The notes under the pieces were generated by a model. The model made no database searches. It was not told where the DNA came from and saw nothing but the letters and a program-made list of their open reading frames with translations. Shown piece by piece: positions 15,001-27,479 of a DNA stretch of 53,473 bases. Position 1 is the first letter of the stretch. The number at the start of each line of letters is the position of its first letter. This stretch comes from Callorhinchus milii (taxonomy: Eukaryota), in the NCBI RefSeq assembly GCF_018977255.1, contig NW_024705336.1, forward strand, positions 1 through 53,473, in the 5' to 3' direction. A program made the translations under genes and the position numbers.

Positions 15001-16099
15001 CAAATTCCCGTCGATCGTGCGAACACAGTTAAGCAAAACCGAGTACCTTGATGACACTAATTCTTGCGCCACGGAGTCCACTTATACACCCAGCGAACAT
15101 GTCAGTTGCCCCGCGGTGATGATAAGCGGGAAAGCTGCTTCCTCTAATATTAAATCGCTGTCGTGCCACATGATGGGCCAGTAACCTATTCAAACCAGTG
15201 TGAAATGCAATAGTCTGTAGCAGGAACAATTCTCCTCAGCGAACACCACCCTTGAAACCTCGACTCTTAGTGCACTCAGTTCTACACCGGTGAAGGCTAG
15301 GTCTGCCTTATTACATCGGATGGGATCAAAGTAATTCGATACACTCTTAGGAACGCCATAAATTCTCTGGCGACCTTTGGAAAAATGCCCATATGAACGC
15401 GTCGTTCTCTCGAGTGGAACGGTGCACTATCTCACTGCGCGACCCAGCACTTCTGATATAACACAGCACGTTAACCAGTGGGGTACTAATATTCTCGGGA
15501 TCATAACCGGACCTGGCGGGCTATACATTCTTTTGTGGAAGTTATGCTGACGCGAGGATGATCCACTTTGCGTCTGACCCACCTGAACCATGTACGGCAA
15601 GGTCTTAGGATGAGTATATGCATGTAAAACGGATCTGTAAAATATGATAAAGTATAAAGAGGGGGTCCGGAGTTCGGACGGCCGTCTCTGTCGAAGTACA
15701 GGCCTTTTTCAGAAGAAGGGATTCGTGCCGTATCTTTCACCCCCGGAAGGGAGCACGCGTCCCACCACAATCCCTTCGAGCACTACGTCGCGATAGGTCA
15801 GAGAATATAGGGAGTAGCCGAGTGCTTGCCTAGTCTTGGGCCTCAACTAGCCAGATTATGTAAGGTGCTCTAAAATGGTAATCGGCCCATGCGCAGCCAT
15901 ATAATCCCCCCAAAATTAAAATACAGGACTAAAACCCGGGTTAGCAATTTATTCGTACTGCTAGGCCTTACGCGCCACTAACATCCTGCCATAGAAGAAG
16001 CTCAACTTCCGGGAAATAAACTATACCGCAAATAGTGACGGGCTGTCATCCCGAATGGGGGATCGGAATCTATAGCATCCAAATGTTCCCAAAGCATTT
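1..16099. other. Featureless random-like sequence (probably shuffled/synthetic filler)
   Basis: By eye, base use is even with no TA or CpG avoidance. There are no microsatellites, long homopolymers or SINE copies, all of which are abundant after 16100. ORFs are short and not protein-like. The first SINE copy is cut off abruptly near 16100. Confidence 0.75.
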
Positions 16100-16236
16100 G
16101 GACCTGGAGAAAATTCCGCACGACCACGGGGAGAACAAGCAAATTCAAAATATCCAGCAGGTGTCAGGGTCGGGATCGAACCCACGACCTCCTGTATACC
16201 AGGCGAGGTAGTTAACATCTCACCACCGTGGCACCC
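16100..16236 (-). mobile_element. tRNA-derived V-SINE-like element (Lam1/HE1/DANA type), 3'-truncated
   Basis: Minus strand has a tRNA-like head with B box (gggttcgatccc). It is followed by the V-domain, seen on + as ggagaaaattccgcacgaccacggggagaacaagcaaa. Confidence 0.8.
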
Positions 16237-16699
16237 GTGTCCCATCCATCAAAAAAACCATCCGAGGTGATGGCATTTTCCCCCTCACGTTGCGTTCCCA
16301 ACCTCCAAGTTGTTTCTACCCCATCTTCACATGAAATTCATAACCTCAAATCACATGCAAAAGCAATTTTTTTTACTCCAGGATGTCTGAGACCGGCGAA
16401 TTCGATAAATATTGTGGGAGGTACAGTCCCAAGGATACAGAATGAATGGCAGTGAATCCGTTGGCATGAATCATGGAAATAATTGGAGTGACTGTTATAC
16501 AACGAACCAGCAATGGTTACAAGTCTAAACAATCTGAACAGAAAAGACAAAGAAAGAAGATTCAATACCCAAAATACAGCAGTTCAGGAACTTTAAATCA
16601 AAGCGTATAACAATCGACAACAACCCTAATCCATAAATATATTGAACGGTTATTCAATGTGCGACAACACAACGACAAATTAATTATGTATGGCCATTT

Positions 16700-16815
16700 G
16701 TCAATGCACTGCTGGATTAACGCCTCACCATTCCGTGTCAGTTACTTCACCACGATGATCAGTCCGTGTTGGTGAGGGATGGACCAGATGTCATTCAACA
16801 CTTACGTTAGCCACG
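16700..16815 (-). mobile_element. Degenerate RTE-tailed tRNA SINE fragment
   Basis: caatgcactgctggat...cttcaccacg...ttggtga...gttagcc aligns by eye with the copy at 34500-34693. Confidence 0.55.
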
Positions 16816-17714
16816 AAGGGCAATCAAACTCAAGTAGCCAGGTTTATACCGCAATGCACTTGCTAAGGCTCTCATCGCAATGAGTAATGGGTTATAAAAT
16901 GTGATAAAAAATCATCTGTGGTATTTGTGTGTGTATTTAATGGCGAGCAACCCATCTCATTAGGCCATGTATTATGCATTTTGTATTCACATTTATGAGC
17001 TTTTGACGAAATAAGTATTGCGAGTGGGTGATACAATAGCCAGCCCTTAATGGAATGACAAACACGTTTCAAGCCTACGGACGTCATCATGTGCATTCTA
17101 TCAAATTCCCGAGTGTCACAGACGTCATGATTTTTTAAATATTCAATTAAATTCCCCACATATTTTTCAGCCTGTCGACCAAATTGGAAAGAAATAACTT
17201 CCATCTGGTGTTTGGAGGTTTCATATACCGAGCTGGGCGCGGTGGCTGTGCGCGTGGGGCGCCTGCAAGCCAGCATCGCGAAGGCAGCGAGGGATGGTGG
17301 ATCAGACAAAGGGCAAAACGTTGCGAGACTCGCTTCCCGTGGCCACCAAGGTGCCACATAACCCTAGCTCGCCATTCAGAATGCGGTAGAGCAAAGTGTG
17401 CACTGGTATCCATCTGTGCCTTCTGTATGGGGATAGGGTGTTGCCCCTGACATGTGTGGGGTTTTCTCCGGTTGTTCCGGTTTCTTCCCATGTCCATAAT
17501 AAACACTCATCGCTAATTGGCTGAAAGCATCTTTAATATGCAAGAGAACTGCAGAGCAATCGTCAGCAGCGGCGGTTCACAGCCTCGCAACCTTCCCGCG
17601 TTGTCCGTTGGTTCCGCAGCGATTGAGATGCATTTTGTGTGAACGACGCAAGCATACGATTCATCATTTGGAATTAAAACAAATCAGGCAGAGGGGAGAA
17701 AAAAAGAGCACACG

Positions 17715-17979
17715 CAGAAGGTCGTGGGTTCGATCCTGACCCTGACTCCTGAATGTGTGGAGTTTGCATGTTATCTCCCCATGGTCGCGTGGATTTTTCT
17801 CTGGGTCCTCCGGTTTTTTCACAAATATTTAGAAACGTGCGTTGAAGCGTATTTGGCTGCCATAAATTTCCACGTGATAAGCCACTTCGTTGAGCTATCA
17901 CTTGTGACAAGCCACTTCGTTGAGCTATCACTTGTGACCGGTTCGTTTGTGAGAAAGAGCCTTACCTGGTAAAATAAAC
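17715..17979 (+). mobile_element. V-SINE-like element with internal 30-bp tandem duplication
   Basis: Contains gggttcgatcc, ggagtttgcatgtt...gtggatttttctctgggtcctccggttt and the tail ccttacctggtaaaataaa. aagccacttcgttgagctatcacttgtgac is repeated exactly at 17879-17938. Confidence 0.85.
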
Positions 17980-19004
17980 ATTGTTTCTATTTTTTTTTTA
18001 TTTTATACTTTATAGTCACGAGCTATGAAGCGAGGCCCATTGGCCGAAACCTCACCTATTACGTGTTTTCTTTGAGGGGAAGTCATATCGACGAACGTGT
18101 TGAAACAAAAAGAAAGCTGCACAAAAGGAGCAGAAAAGCGACCGTTCAATCGTTGCGTCACGAGGGCGCACGCGCGCGTGTCTGCAAAACGCCTCGAGTG
18201 CTACCAGCCGCCAGCCGGCCCTGGCATGTGAATTCAGCCTCTTAGAACACACTCGGCAAGAAAGTCGCGGCCGTTAAAAGGACACTGGGCGCCCCCCCCC
18301 TGGCTGCAAGTATGTGCCCTCTGACCCGGAACAATGCCCGCTCCTCACAATGGCCATTGTGAGGCGAGCACCACAGAAGAGCACGGATTTTTTGTTTTCT
18401 TCTTCTTTCGACCGCGATAGATTTTGAGACATTTCTGTCATGAAAACAGTTTCTGCTAAGACGTTAAGAGGCGAACGGGTTGAGGGTGGGGGGGATTGCC
18501 GGCTTGGGTATTGGTGTCGAGTTGGTGGAGAATTGGGGGAGGTGGGGGGTGGGTGGTGAGGTAGTGAAGGTTGAATGCTACCACCTAAAAAAAAAGAGCC
18601 TTTCAGGAATAAAAAAAACTGCAGACGTCTGTGACTTGTGGCATTAAAGACCGCGCCTCGCAGGTCACGGGAGCTTTGTGTGGAGAAGCTTGCGGCACGC
18701 AACGTCTCACAATGCGGGGTTGCGGACGTTCAAACGATCCCACGCACACAACGCGTCGAGTTGCTCGCGCACGCAAACTTGCCCACCAGTGCCGGCGGGT
18801 GCATTATGCACAGGTCCTCACAGGTACGTGGGACCCGCGGTGCCCTTTGTCACACGCCGTGGAAAACATGAAAACAACGATTTATGGGTGTAAAAAACTT
18901 TGAAAGCACGTTTTCAAAAAGAGTTTCCTTTCGGTGGATCGTTTGTTACTAGCGAACATTGTTTTATGCACGGTGGTTATTCCACATTCCTATGGCTGGA
19001 GAGG

Positions 19005-19195
19005 GGGAATTTTTTTCTCCGGTTTTTCCTTGCACATTTAGTAACATGTGTTCAGATTTTTTATTATTATTTGGCTGCTATACATTTCCACATGATGAGC
19101 CGCTTCGTTGAGCTATTATCTGTGGCAAGGTCGCTTCCGAAAAATAAGCTAATAGCTCAGTAGGCTTTTCCTGGTAAGATTAAAAAAATAGTTTC
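19005..19195 (+). mobile_element. V-SINE-like element, 5'-truncated
   Basis: ttggctgctatacatttccac...cttcgttgagcta...gctcagtaggcttttcctggtaa matches the 3' half of the family. Confidence 0.75.
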
Positions 19196-19289
19196 GTTTT
19201 ATTTGTAAAAAATTTCAGGCGATTTGCTTTCCTTTCCTAAACTTCGCACTCCTGTCGTGTTTTTGTATTGTTTGTTCTGATATTGTTCT

Positions 19290-19385
19290 GACCCCGTGCC
19301 CCTACTGGACATCTGTGAAAAAAATTGCTTCACAGAGCTCATCGGATTCCTCCAGTGCAGATAAATATCCCGGCGATTCTGATCG
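19290..19385 (+). repeat. Short dispersed repeat with gattct-type tail (probable non-LTR retrotransposon 3' end); other copies ~23845-23940, 32785-32865, 40525-40600
   Basis: The shared pattern ctggacatctgtgaaaaaa..gcttcacagc.catcggattcctcc...aataaa.gattc(c/t)gattctga occurs at four places. Confidence 0.6.
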
Positions 19386-20044
19386 TACCCACAGGACGCA
19401 ACAGCCGTTGAACCCTGGAAGGATGATGACCGATGATGGGATGATGAGCCAACTGCCAACCAGGATTTGAACCCTCAGCCCTTGCGATCGCGAGCAGCTC
19501 AAACTTCCACTGGGGCACCGGGGGCCACGGTCGCGCCGCAATCAGGGGTTGCATAAAAACGTCTTCCTTCAGAGAAAATGCACTTTTGCCCTTCATGGCC
19601 TGACAGGGAGCCATGGGCATGTTCTGCAGCTGCTAGCCCCATCTGCCACCAAGCCCTTGCGGTCGCCTGAAAATGAATGCTTCACTGGAAGCCACGCAGG
19701 GTTGATGGATTTTGAGAGGGCGGGGAGGGAAGGAAGGGCGGGGAGTGGGGCGGGGTGGAGAAAGAAAGACTGCCTGGAAATGATGCACAGAGCGCCACCG
19801 CCACCAGCACTCAAGGTGCTCCGTCAACGTGGGATGACCGAGCGTATTAGGGCACCGTGAACTCAATTAACGTGTTGGTGGTAACTTACCGCCGACGTCA
19901 AGATTTGCTGATACTTCCCACCGATTCGTTCGCTGAAATTGGTGGAAAACCTTCCCTGTCAGCACGTGAAAATTAAACGACTTGGATTGGCTTTGTAAAA
20001 TCTCCGCGTGTTGTCCGCGGCACATTGTCCGACGTTTCGCTCCC

Positions 20045-20140
20045 AGCATGTGAAGCACGATGATAGCACGTTCCAACACTCCCATGACCGACACGGAGTG
20101 GGGGGGGGGCCTTCATCAGGCAGTAGAAAGACAGAGGGCT
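20045..20140 (+). mobile_element. RTE-tailed SINE 3' fragment
   Basis: cccatgaccgac...ggggccttcatcaggcagtag matches the reverse complement of the copies at 26078 and 28125. Confidence 0.55.
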
Positions 20141-20746
20141 GTAACTTGTCCTTGTAAAATTTTTGCATTGCACTGTACATCGCGATGTATATCCGCGCAG
20201 TCGCTCTCACTCTGCGCTTGAGGGATGCCCGAAATGCCACGGGGTGGTCCATGACACGTAGCCGAAGGTTTTCTCGGCAAAGCGAAGCACGCTGTGTTTC
20301 GATTGTCCCTTCCTTCAACAACAACAAAACGATCAGGAACGTCGGCTGTTCTCCCTCCACTGGTTGCTGTAGGTCCAGTGTTGATGCAAAGGCCAATGTT
20401 CTTGCCATCATTGCTTATGAGCCTGCGAATGCATGTGCTCTAAACTTTTACAGTCCATCACTCCCTTTGCACCATCCACTGCAGCTATCGCTATTGTCCA
20501 TGTGATCCCTGCATAAATTCGGGACTTCATGAGCTTCGGATTGCTGTTTGTGCACGTGTATGCTTGCACGTGTGCGTGGGTGTATGCGATTCTGTGTGTG
20601 CGCGCGCACGTGCGAGTGTGCATGGGCGAGTCAGTCACACCCATAACATGTGGATCTGTCCCGTGACCTGCCAGCGAGCCTTCGACACGTCACAATGATT
20701 TCAAAGTACACCTAGCCTGGAACGCGTGCACCATCATCTAGTCAAA

Positions 20747-21014
20747 GTGGCAAGATGTTAACTACCTCGCCAGGAATACCGGAGCGCGTGGGCTCGATCC
20801 CGATCTGACGCCTGTATATTTGCAGTTTGCGTGTTCTCCCCGTGGTCGTGTGGATTTTCTCCGGGTACTCCGGTTTTTCCCTCCACATTTAGGAACATGT
20901 GTCGTTTCGAGTATTTGGCTGCGAAACATTTCCACGTGATAAGCCACTTTGTTGAACTATCATTTGTGGCCACGTTGCTTCTGAAAAATATCTGTATAGC
21001 CCAGTGGGCCTTAC
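20747..21014 (+). mobile_element. V-SINE-like element, near full length
   Basis: Has a tRNA head, the V-domain gtttgcgtgttctccccgtggtcgtgtggattttctccgggtactccggtttt and the tail cagtgggccttac. Confidence 0.85.
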
Positions 21015-21060
21015 AATGGCAGTCGTCGTTGTTGATCTGCGTGGGTTTAGCGCACTTTGT

Positions 21061-21215
21061 GGAGAGCGGTGGAGTAAACGGTTAGCGCACTACACTACGA
21101 AAACCAACTCCCTGGGTTAATTCCCGGCCAATGCTATCATCAGTAGAGAGTGATATATGAAGTGATCCTGAGCCTCACCTAGGTGGACTCAGCCTTAAAC
21201 GAGTACCTGTTGGAG
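21061..21215 (+). mobile_element. tRNA-derived SINE with Nin-like domain
   Basis: Head ggagagcggt...ggttagcgcact is followed by cctaggtggactcagcct..gagtacctg, collinear with 38493-38720. Confidence 0.6.
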
Positions 21216-22283
21216 TATGTCACCATCACCATGTTGTCCACACCACCCCCCTTCTGCGCCATACCGACCTTCATAGGTTTGATCCCAAGAGTTTGTAGAC
21301 GACATTGGGGATCTGTGTCGCATGGGTGGGTTCATTGTCGTGCGAACGTGTGTGAGCATATTCACGCGTGCATGTGTGTGCCTACATGATTGCAATTTTG
21401 ATTGGGCACCGCAGGACAATACCATAGCAATGAGCCCAAATGAAAATGAATTTTAAAACAAGCCTGATCTGGGACTGACCCAGATCAACTCGACCTGAAA
21501 TGAGTACCTGAAACAGTGTGGTCAAATATCAGTATTTTGAAGACAAAAACAAGCAGGCAATGAATGCACGGCTCTGGTTCTAACACCCTCAATCGGTGCC
21601 GTGTTTCCAACTTAACGTGTGCTCGCTAATAGCACCACATGCCCCAACAGTCGGCGAGGCTAACACGGGTGACTTTTTTTCGTCATTTGAATACCACTTT
21701 GTTATTTATTTGAAGGCGATTTAGCTGCAAAATTCCTTGAGTTCTAGGGAGAGGGGCGGCAGTCGTCACAAAGTAAAACTAAGCCCCCATGTGTTATGAC
21801 AGGTGGCCAGCACACTCCTCACTGTGCCTGTGTAATTTGCAAACACCGTGACAAATATTTGAAGCCAGGGAAGATAATGTAATAGAATTTAAAACGTTAC
21901 TTTTTTTTTACTGCGATTTTTTTGCATTTATGTGTTTATTGTTATTTTGTCGACCGTAGTAGCAACGTGTTTAAATTCCCCAAAATTTTAATTGTTCGCA
22001 TAATACAAAGATTTGTTGGTGCAGGAAATCATGATAAATTTATGTTTTTATATAGTTCCTAAAAATGATGGATTGGATAATTTACATATCTAAATATACA
22101 CGGCCTATGACCCAACCATCCCGGAACGCGCCCGATCCCAGCAGAACCTTGGATGCTAAACAGGTGGGTTGAGAGCCTGGATGCTTGATGGGCAAACCAC
22201 CACCAAGCACAGAAAAGAAGTTCAGCAATAGGCGTTGTTGGCAGTTGGGAGGCCAAAGCGGCAAAAATCATTGTCCTCTGTAC

Positions 22284-22543
22284 CAGAGGTCGCAAACGGG
22301 TGTTGATTCCTTACCCGTACCCGGCCGCACCAGGGTCGCAAATAGGTACCCGTTCCCTACCCGTACCCGTACCCTACCCGAAATGAGTGACAAATAATGA
22401 CTCACCAGTGACTCACGGCCTACCCGTACCCGTACCCGGCCGCACCAGGGTCGCAAACGGCTACCCGTACCCGTACCCGGCCGGGTACGGGTAGCCGGGT
22501 ATCGGGTAGGGTACGGGTATCGGGTACCCGGTTGCGACCTCTG
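22284..22543. mobile_element. Non-autonomous hAT-type MITE (260 bp)
   Basis: 18-bp TIRs cagaggtcgcaaacgggt / acccggttgcgacctctg (1 mismatch). Perfect 8-bp TSD ctctgtac at 22276-22283 and 22544-22551. Internal (tacccg)n subterminal repeats occur in both orientations. Confidence 0.9.
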
Positions 22544-25009
22544 CTCTGTACCCTCCGCACCTTGACCAGCTGGTACGGGCCAAAATGGAACCTTCACTGA
22601 CTGCATTTGCGTGCCGAGGCCCTCATCCAGCAGCGGAGTGATGAAGGGGTTGTATATTTACACACGCGAAACAAACAGCAGCTGTGCAGGCTGTCACAGC
22701 AAACTTTGTTTGCGAGGACCTATTGAGAGCAGCAGCAGCTCACTGCTCGCAAAACACACGCTAACGCGATTATACGTACGTATAAGTGCACAGGAATCCT
22801 CCCGGAGTGCACAAAAAATAGTACTTATTGTCTTTTATGAGATTCCCATACACGTTTACTCTAAAATCCTTCAAATTCCTCAAGGTTTGATTGCGTTTTT
22901 TTATTGCCAACTGTTAAACACTTCACGTGGCCGCCTTTGCCGTAGAATTTCACATAGCTTGGCACGGGACAATAAATCCTAAAATTAAACCAACTGTGGA
23001 CGGGGAAAATGTGTTCCGAGATTCCACTCAAAACCGAGAGATTTTCGCAGTCAGGGACCAAAGCCCCAAGGCAAACATCATTATAGAATTCTTAAGAAGA
23101 AGAAAAAAACTGGCGGGAGATTTTTTTTTCAAAGAAAACATCATATTTAATTGTTGAACTTTGACAAAAATGGAAGTGGATTTTTGCTTCAAAGCGAATC
23201 TGTTGGGCCGGTGATTTTCAGGATTTTTTTTCTGCAATCCTCGTGGTTTTCGAAGCCGAATTCCAAACGTTACAGGTATGACCCCTGGAGTCAGTAGTTC
23301 ATGTCCACAGAAGCTGCACAATCCCTCTCCCCACCCACCCACCCCGACCACCGCCTCTCTCTCCATCTCTGGTTTTCCCCTTCTCAAAATGTTCATCGAA
23401 TTTCAACTCGATGCTTACAAAACCGCAACTTGGTTAAATCTAAAAACAACGATGCAAGCCTCACGGGTTATACTTCATTTTTGCCGGAAAGAAACGGCCA
23501 CCATCGAGACAACAACAACAGTTATCTTATACATTTATACGGCCAACAATTTGTCCGTCCCTTCATCTATTATCGCTCCACCTCGTGATTGGCTGCAAGG
23601 AGGTCAAATTGGCTAAACCTTCGTTACCACGTCGCCGATGGCAACGCCCATACACCGCAATCAATAAGTGGCGACCGACACAAAATTACTTGGCTGGAAA
23701 TTCAGCAATGAAAACTGATTCATCTCCATCAAGGTTACACATGCACCGTTGTTATTTTAAACGGTTTCTGGGCAATCAGGGTTGGACGTGGTGCTCTCCG
23801 AGGGGGAGACGGAGACAAGGACGAGGAGGACAAGACGCTAGTGCTGACTCGCCCGTACGGAACATCGGTAACAAAAAATAACTTCACAGCCCATGGGATT
23901 CCTCCAGTCGCAATAAAGATTCGGATTCTGAAAGATTCTGAAGGATCATTACGGCGTTAAATAGCCACGACGAGTTAGCAGGTTTGAAAGCGATGGCCGA
24001 TGAGGTGGCTGCGAGAGACTGAACTGTAAAGTGCCACCAATAAAGTGCGGTATGCACACGAGTGCGGGCAGAGTTACAGGCCATATTGAAGTTGTATCAT
24101 GACATCAGAAAGAGAGGGGGGAGGGGTGGAAGTCACACCAATGGAACATCACACATTGATGCCCCCTAACTTTGTGAACTGATCACGCGACAGACGAGCT
24201 ATGTAGTTGATCGTGCTGGCAGCGGTGCAAACACAAACAAACAGCTCAACACATTCACGTCTATTTCCATTTTGAGGCAGCGTTACTGACGAACGCTTAG
24301 AGTCTTTTGATACTAGAGACCAGCTGAAGATTTAAAAAAACAATTTGGCTGTCAAGCGACAAACATTACTCTCAGTGGCAGACTGGGCAGGGGGGAGAGC
24401 GCTGCCCCCCTAATTGTGTGGAACGGAGGTCAATTGAAGCGATCTCAAGAAGTAGTTCCGTGATGTCCGCTTCCGTAGGCCATTTTTCAATCACAGAGGG
24501 CAGCACCGCTCTGTGAGAGATCCCAGTGGATTCTCCGTCTCATGGCGCGACGCCGAGAGCAAAGTAAGGGTGACACGGGGGGGGGGGGGGGAATGTGTGT
24601 GTTTTATCGTGGACAACTGTAGAGGGAAATCCAGAATGCGAGCAGTTGTGAGGATCGGAGTTATGAAAATCTCGACTGTAGCATATTGACTTTGATGCCG
24701 AGGATGCGATGGAGCAACAACAAAAAAGCACCATCAAGTGTGAGATTGCGCACGCATTAGTTCTAGCATTTTTGTAAAGGCCTTTTAAAAACAAGGCCTC
24801 CCATATAAATGTGTGCGCACGTCGTGACAAGCGGTGGAGGTTACCGCTCCCGCTTATGTGGTATGTAGGGTTTGTCGAGAAACATTTGATTTACATTGCA
24901 TTAAAAGGTTTTTACGCTGTAAATAACGGCGTAATATTCCAGGTTGACTTTAATTTCTAATAAATGGATAATATTTACATGCACGCGAGATCATTTTAAC
25001 TCCAGCCCG

Positions 25010-25125
25010 GTGATGGTTAGGGCACTTGGAAACCTGCAATTGGAAAGTTGCAAGTTCAAATCCCAGCCGGGTGCCAACTCAGCCCGTCTCTCTCTATGGC
25101 CAACAAAATGAGTACGACCTTCGTG
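25010..25125 (+). mobile_element. tRNA SINE, second Nin-like family; related fragments ~35585-35680 (+), 39740-39900 (-), 43815-43925 (-), 45560-45720 (+), 47215-47345 (+), 49595-49700 (-)
   Basis: A tRNA-like head (gttcaaatc B box) is followed by the motif gtcgactcagcccatcatcc...aaaatgagtacc in degenerate copies. Confidence 0.55.
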
Positions 25126-26077
25126 TAAAGCCGAGAGTGGTTGTCCTCTCCAAAAAACTCGTATTGCACGGCATTGTGAAGAACACATCGGGTGTAGGAA
25201 ACTTGCTCCATTTAACTTTTATTGGCTAGAAAGGTCGGATCAACCTTTACATTTAAACCACAAATACCGCTTCTGGCACCACGTACGCGACCATCACCCC
25301 CCCCCCCCCCTCCTGGCTAGAGCAATTTCACGGCCGATACTCAACCTTCAACGTCCGCTCTGAGTTCCATCACCATCATCATGATCGTCGCCACCACCAC
25401 CCATGCGGCTGCATCTCCCTCTTAGTCGCAGCCCCGTGGATGCCACACCACAAGTGCCCGTCGCGCTGAAACTTGCCCTCCTCCACTCTCGACACGCAAC
25501 CCCCACTCACATCAAGCCTACCCCCTTGTTACCCAAACTTTCTTTACAAATTCTACTCCAGACGGAGGCAACTCTGTTGAGAATGCTAAAGCGCGGTGGG
25601 AGACAAGGCCTGGGTACAGCCTCCTCGCTTGGCTGCCCCCTCTTTTTTTACCCAAAGGCTCAGCAGTGTGCGTAAGGAATTGCCTTGAATTTTCTTTTTT
25701 TACTCCATCAAATACATTCGCCAATGTTCACCACATCCATCTGACAGTCAAAAGAACTCTTAATAACATTGGGAGGGGGGGTGGCGGAGGGGGAAGGAAG
25801 CTCAGTCCCATTGAGGAAACAACTAAGTATTGAGATGTCAATTTGAAGACGCTAAATGTGGTATTTTTCAGCTCAACTTTAGCATTTTCACTTGAATGAA
25901 GCCATTAAAAGTTTTCAAGAGGTTGTGAATTATCATGAAAAGCTCACGGACACGCAGGGAAATGGATTTTTTTCGTCACAAAACAACCTTGAGAAAATTG
26001 AATGGAAAAAAAATACCCCATGTTATATTATCATTCTGTACATTTTGTGCAGGTAATAAAATGCAATTTACAGCGCT

Positions 26078-26250
26078 TTGTCAATCCGCTGTTGGATGAA
26101 GGCCTCCTCCCAAAGATGTTACCGGTCATGGGGCTTGTATGACCATACTTCATCATGCCAGTCAGTGCGGGCTGATGAAGGCGACGGAGGGGGGGGGAGT
26201 ACACGGAGACTCATTCAGACGTCACTGATGTTAGCCGCGGCTGGGAGTCA
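26078..26250 (-). mobile_element. RTE-tailed tRNA SINE
   Basis: tcaatccgctgttggatgaaggcctcc is the reverse complement of an RTE-like 3' end (gaggccttcatccagcagtgg). The body cactgatgttagccgcggc is shared with 34500-34693. Confidence 0.65.
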
Positions 26251-27263
26251 AACGCAGATCTCGAAGAGTCCACCGGGGCATTGCTTACAAGCGTCAACTT
26301 TGAGCAAAACAGGTCCGCGAATGTTTGCTCCAACAACGGGCCCCCATTTCATGTGTGGGTGAAATAACCGTGGATAATCATCAACAATCATGAAATATAA
26401 CTAAACCTCTTAAATAAACGCCTCATTTGCGCCTAATGTTTGAGCAATTTTACAGTGAACGGCAAGATGCAATGAAAAGCAAACTTGCCACATCAAAGCA
26501 AAACAATCTTCAGTGTTACACCGAGGGACAATATTAATAGAATTATAAATGCTCAGTTACTGTTATGGAAACCTCCAACTCCGCGGTGGTCGCTCCGAGA
26601 TGGGAGCAACGAGATGACGTCGCGCAGAGGAAACGGGATTGGATCGTGACATCGCAGGACTTAGAGGGAGGTCTTCATCCAGCAGCGCAACGACCGTGAC
26701 TCTCGATGATTGTACTACGCATAAATTGCTTACTGACGCATGTGATGAGTTTTTGTTTTGTTAAGCGTACCTCTTGGCTGAACAGTGCAAAGGTGAGCAA
26801 GACTCTCCCATGTTGGAACCAACCATTGACCTTTGAGTCAAGTCTATTTTACATCCCTTAAAAAATGAAATTCGCTGACCTTTGACATTCGAGGAAGATT
26901 TGTTTTTTGTTCATGACATTGCATGGAGTTCACCAATTTCAATGATTACAACAAAGCATGTTGTGGCTCCACTGCATCGTATGCATGTGGACATTTTTTT
27001 TCGCACAGTACGTAGCCAACCGCGGTAAATCGGAGACACGAGCTTAATCATAATTAAGTCTAACAGTGAATTAACAAGTCTTCTAAATTAGCTACTTAGA
27101 GGCCATTTCTCACTGGGTCTGTGGACATTTGATGAACCATTAAAATGCAGGGTCAAATTAGATTTTTTTTTTAAATCACGATTCTTTTACGTCGTGTGCA
27201 TTGCGCTGCCTCGAGGGGCTGTGGGGGGTTACGCGATTCTAAACTAAACCACGAATTAAAATA

Positions 27264-27479
27264 TATTTTATTTGACCAGGTAAGGCCCACCGAGCTACAC
27301 AGCTTTTTCAGAAGTGACTGGCCACAAAACCATAGCTCAACGAAGTGGCTTATCATCACGTGGACATTTACAGCAGCCAAATACTCTTAAACGACACGTT
27401 CCTAAATGTGGAGGGAAAAACCGGAGGACCCGGAGAAAAATCCACTCGATGATCAATATACAGCAGGTGTCAGGGTCGC
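27264..27479 (-). mobile_element. V-SINE-like element
   Basis: accaggtaaggcccac...gaagtggcttatc...gggaaaaaccggaggacccggagaaaa matches the family. Confidence 0.8.

Noticed and set aside
37..15770. Short ORFs in the first 16 kb
   Set aside because: All are 128 aa or shorter, overlap on both strands and show no recognisable domains, consistent with random sequence.
18557..18580. let-7-like sequence tgaggtagtgaaggttg
   Set aside because: Only the 5' seed region matches, it lies in a G-rich tract, and there is no complementary hairpin arm.
20026..20123. Apparent hammerhead on the minus strand (CUGAUGA ... GAAACGUC)
   Set aside because: The CUGAUGA falls inside a mutated RTE-SINE tail (ccttcatcaggcag). 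Stem I does not pair and the spacing is ~75 nt.
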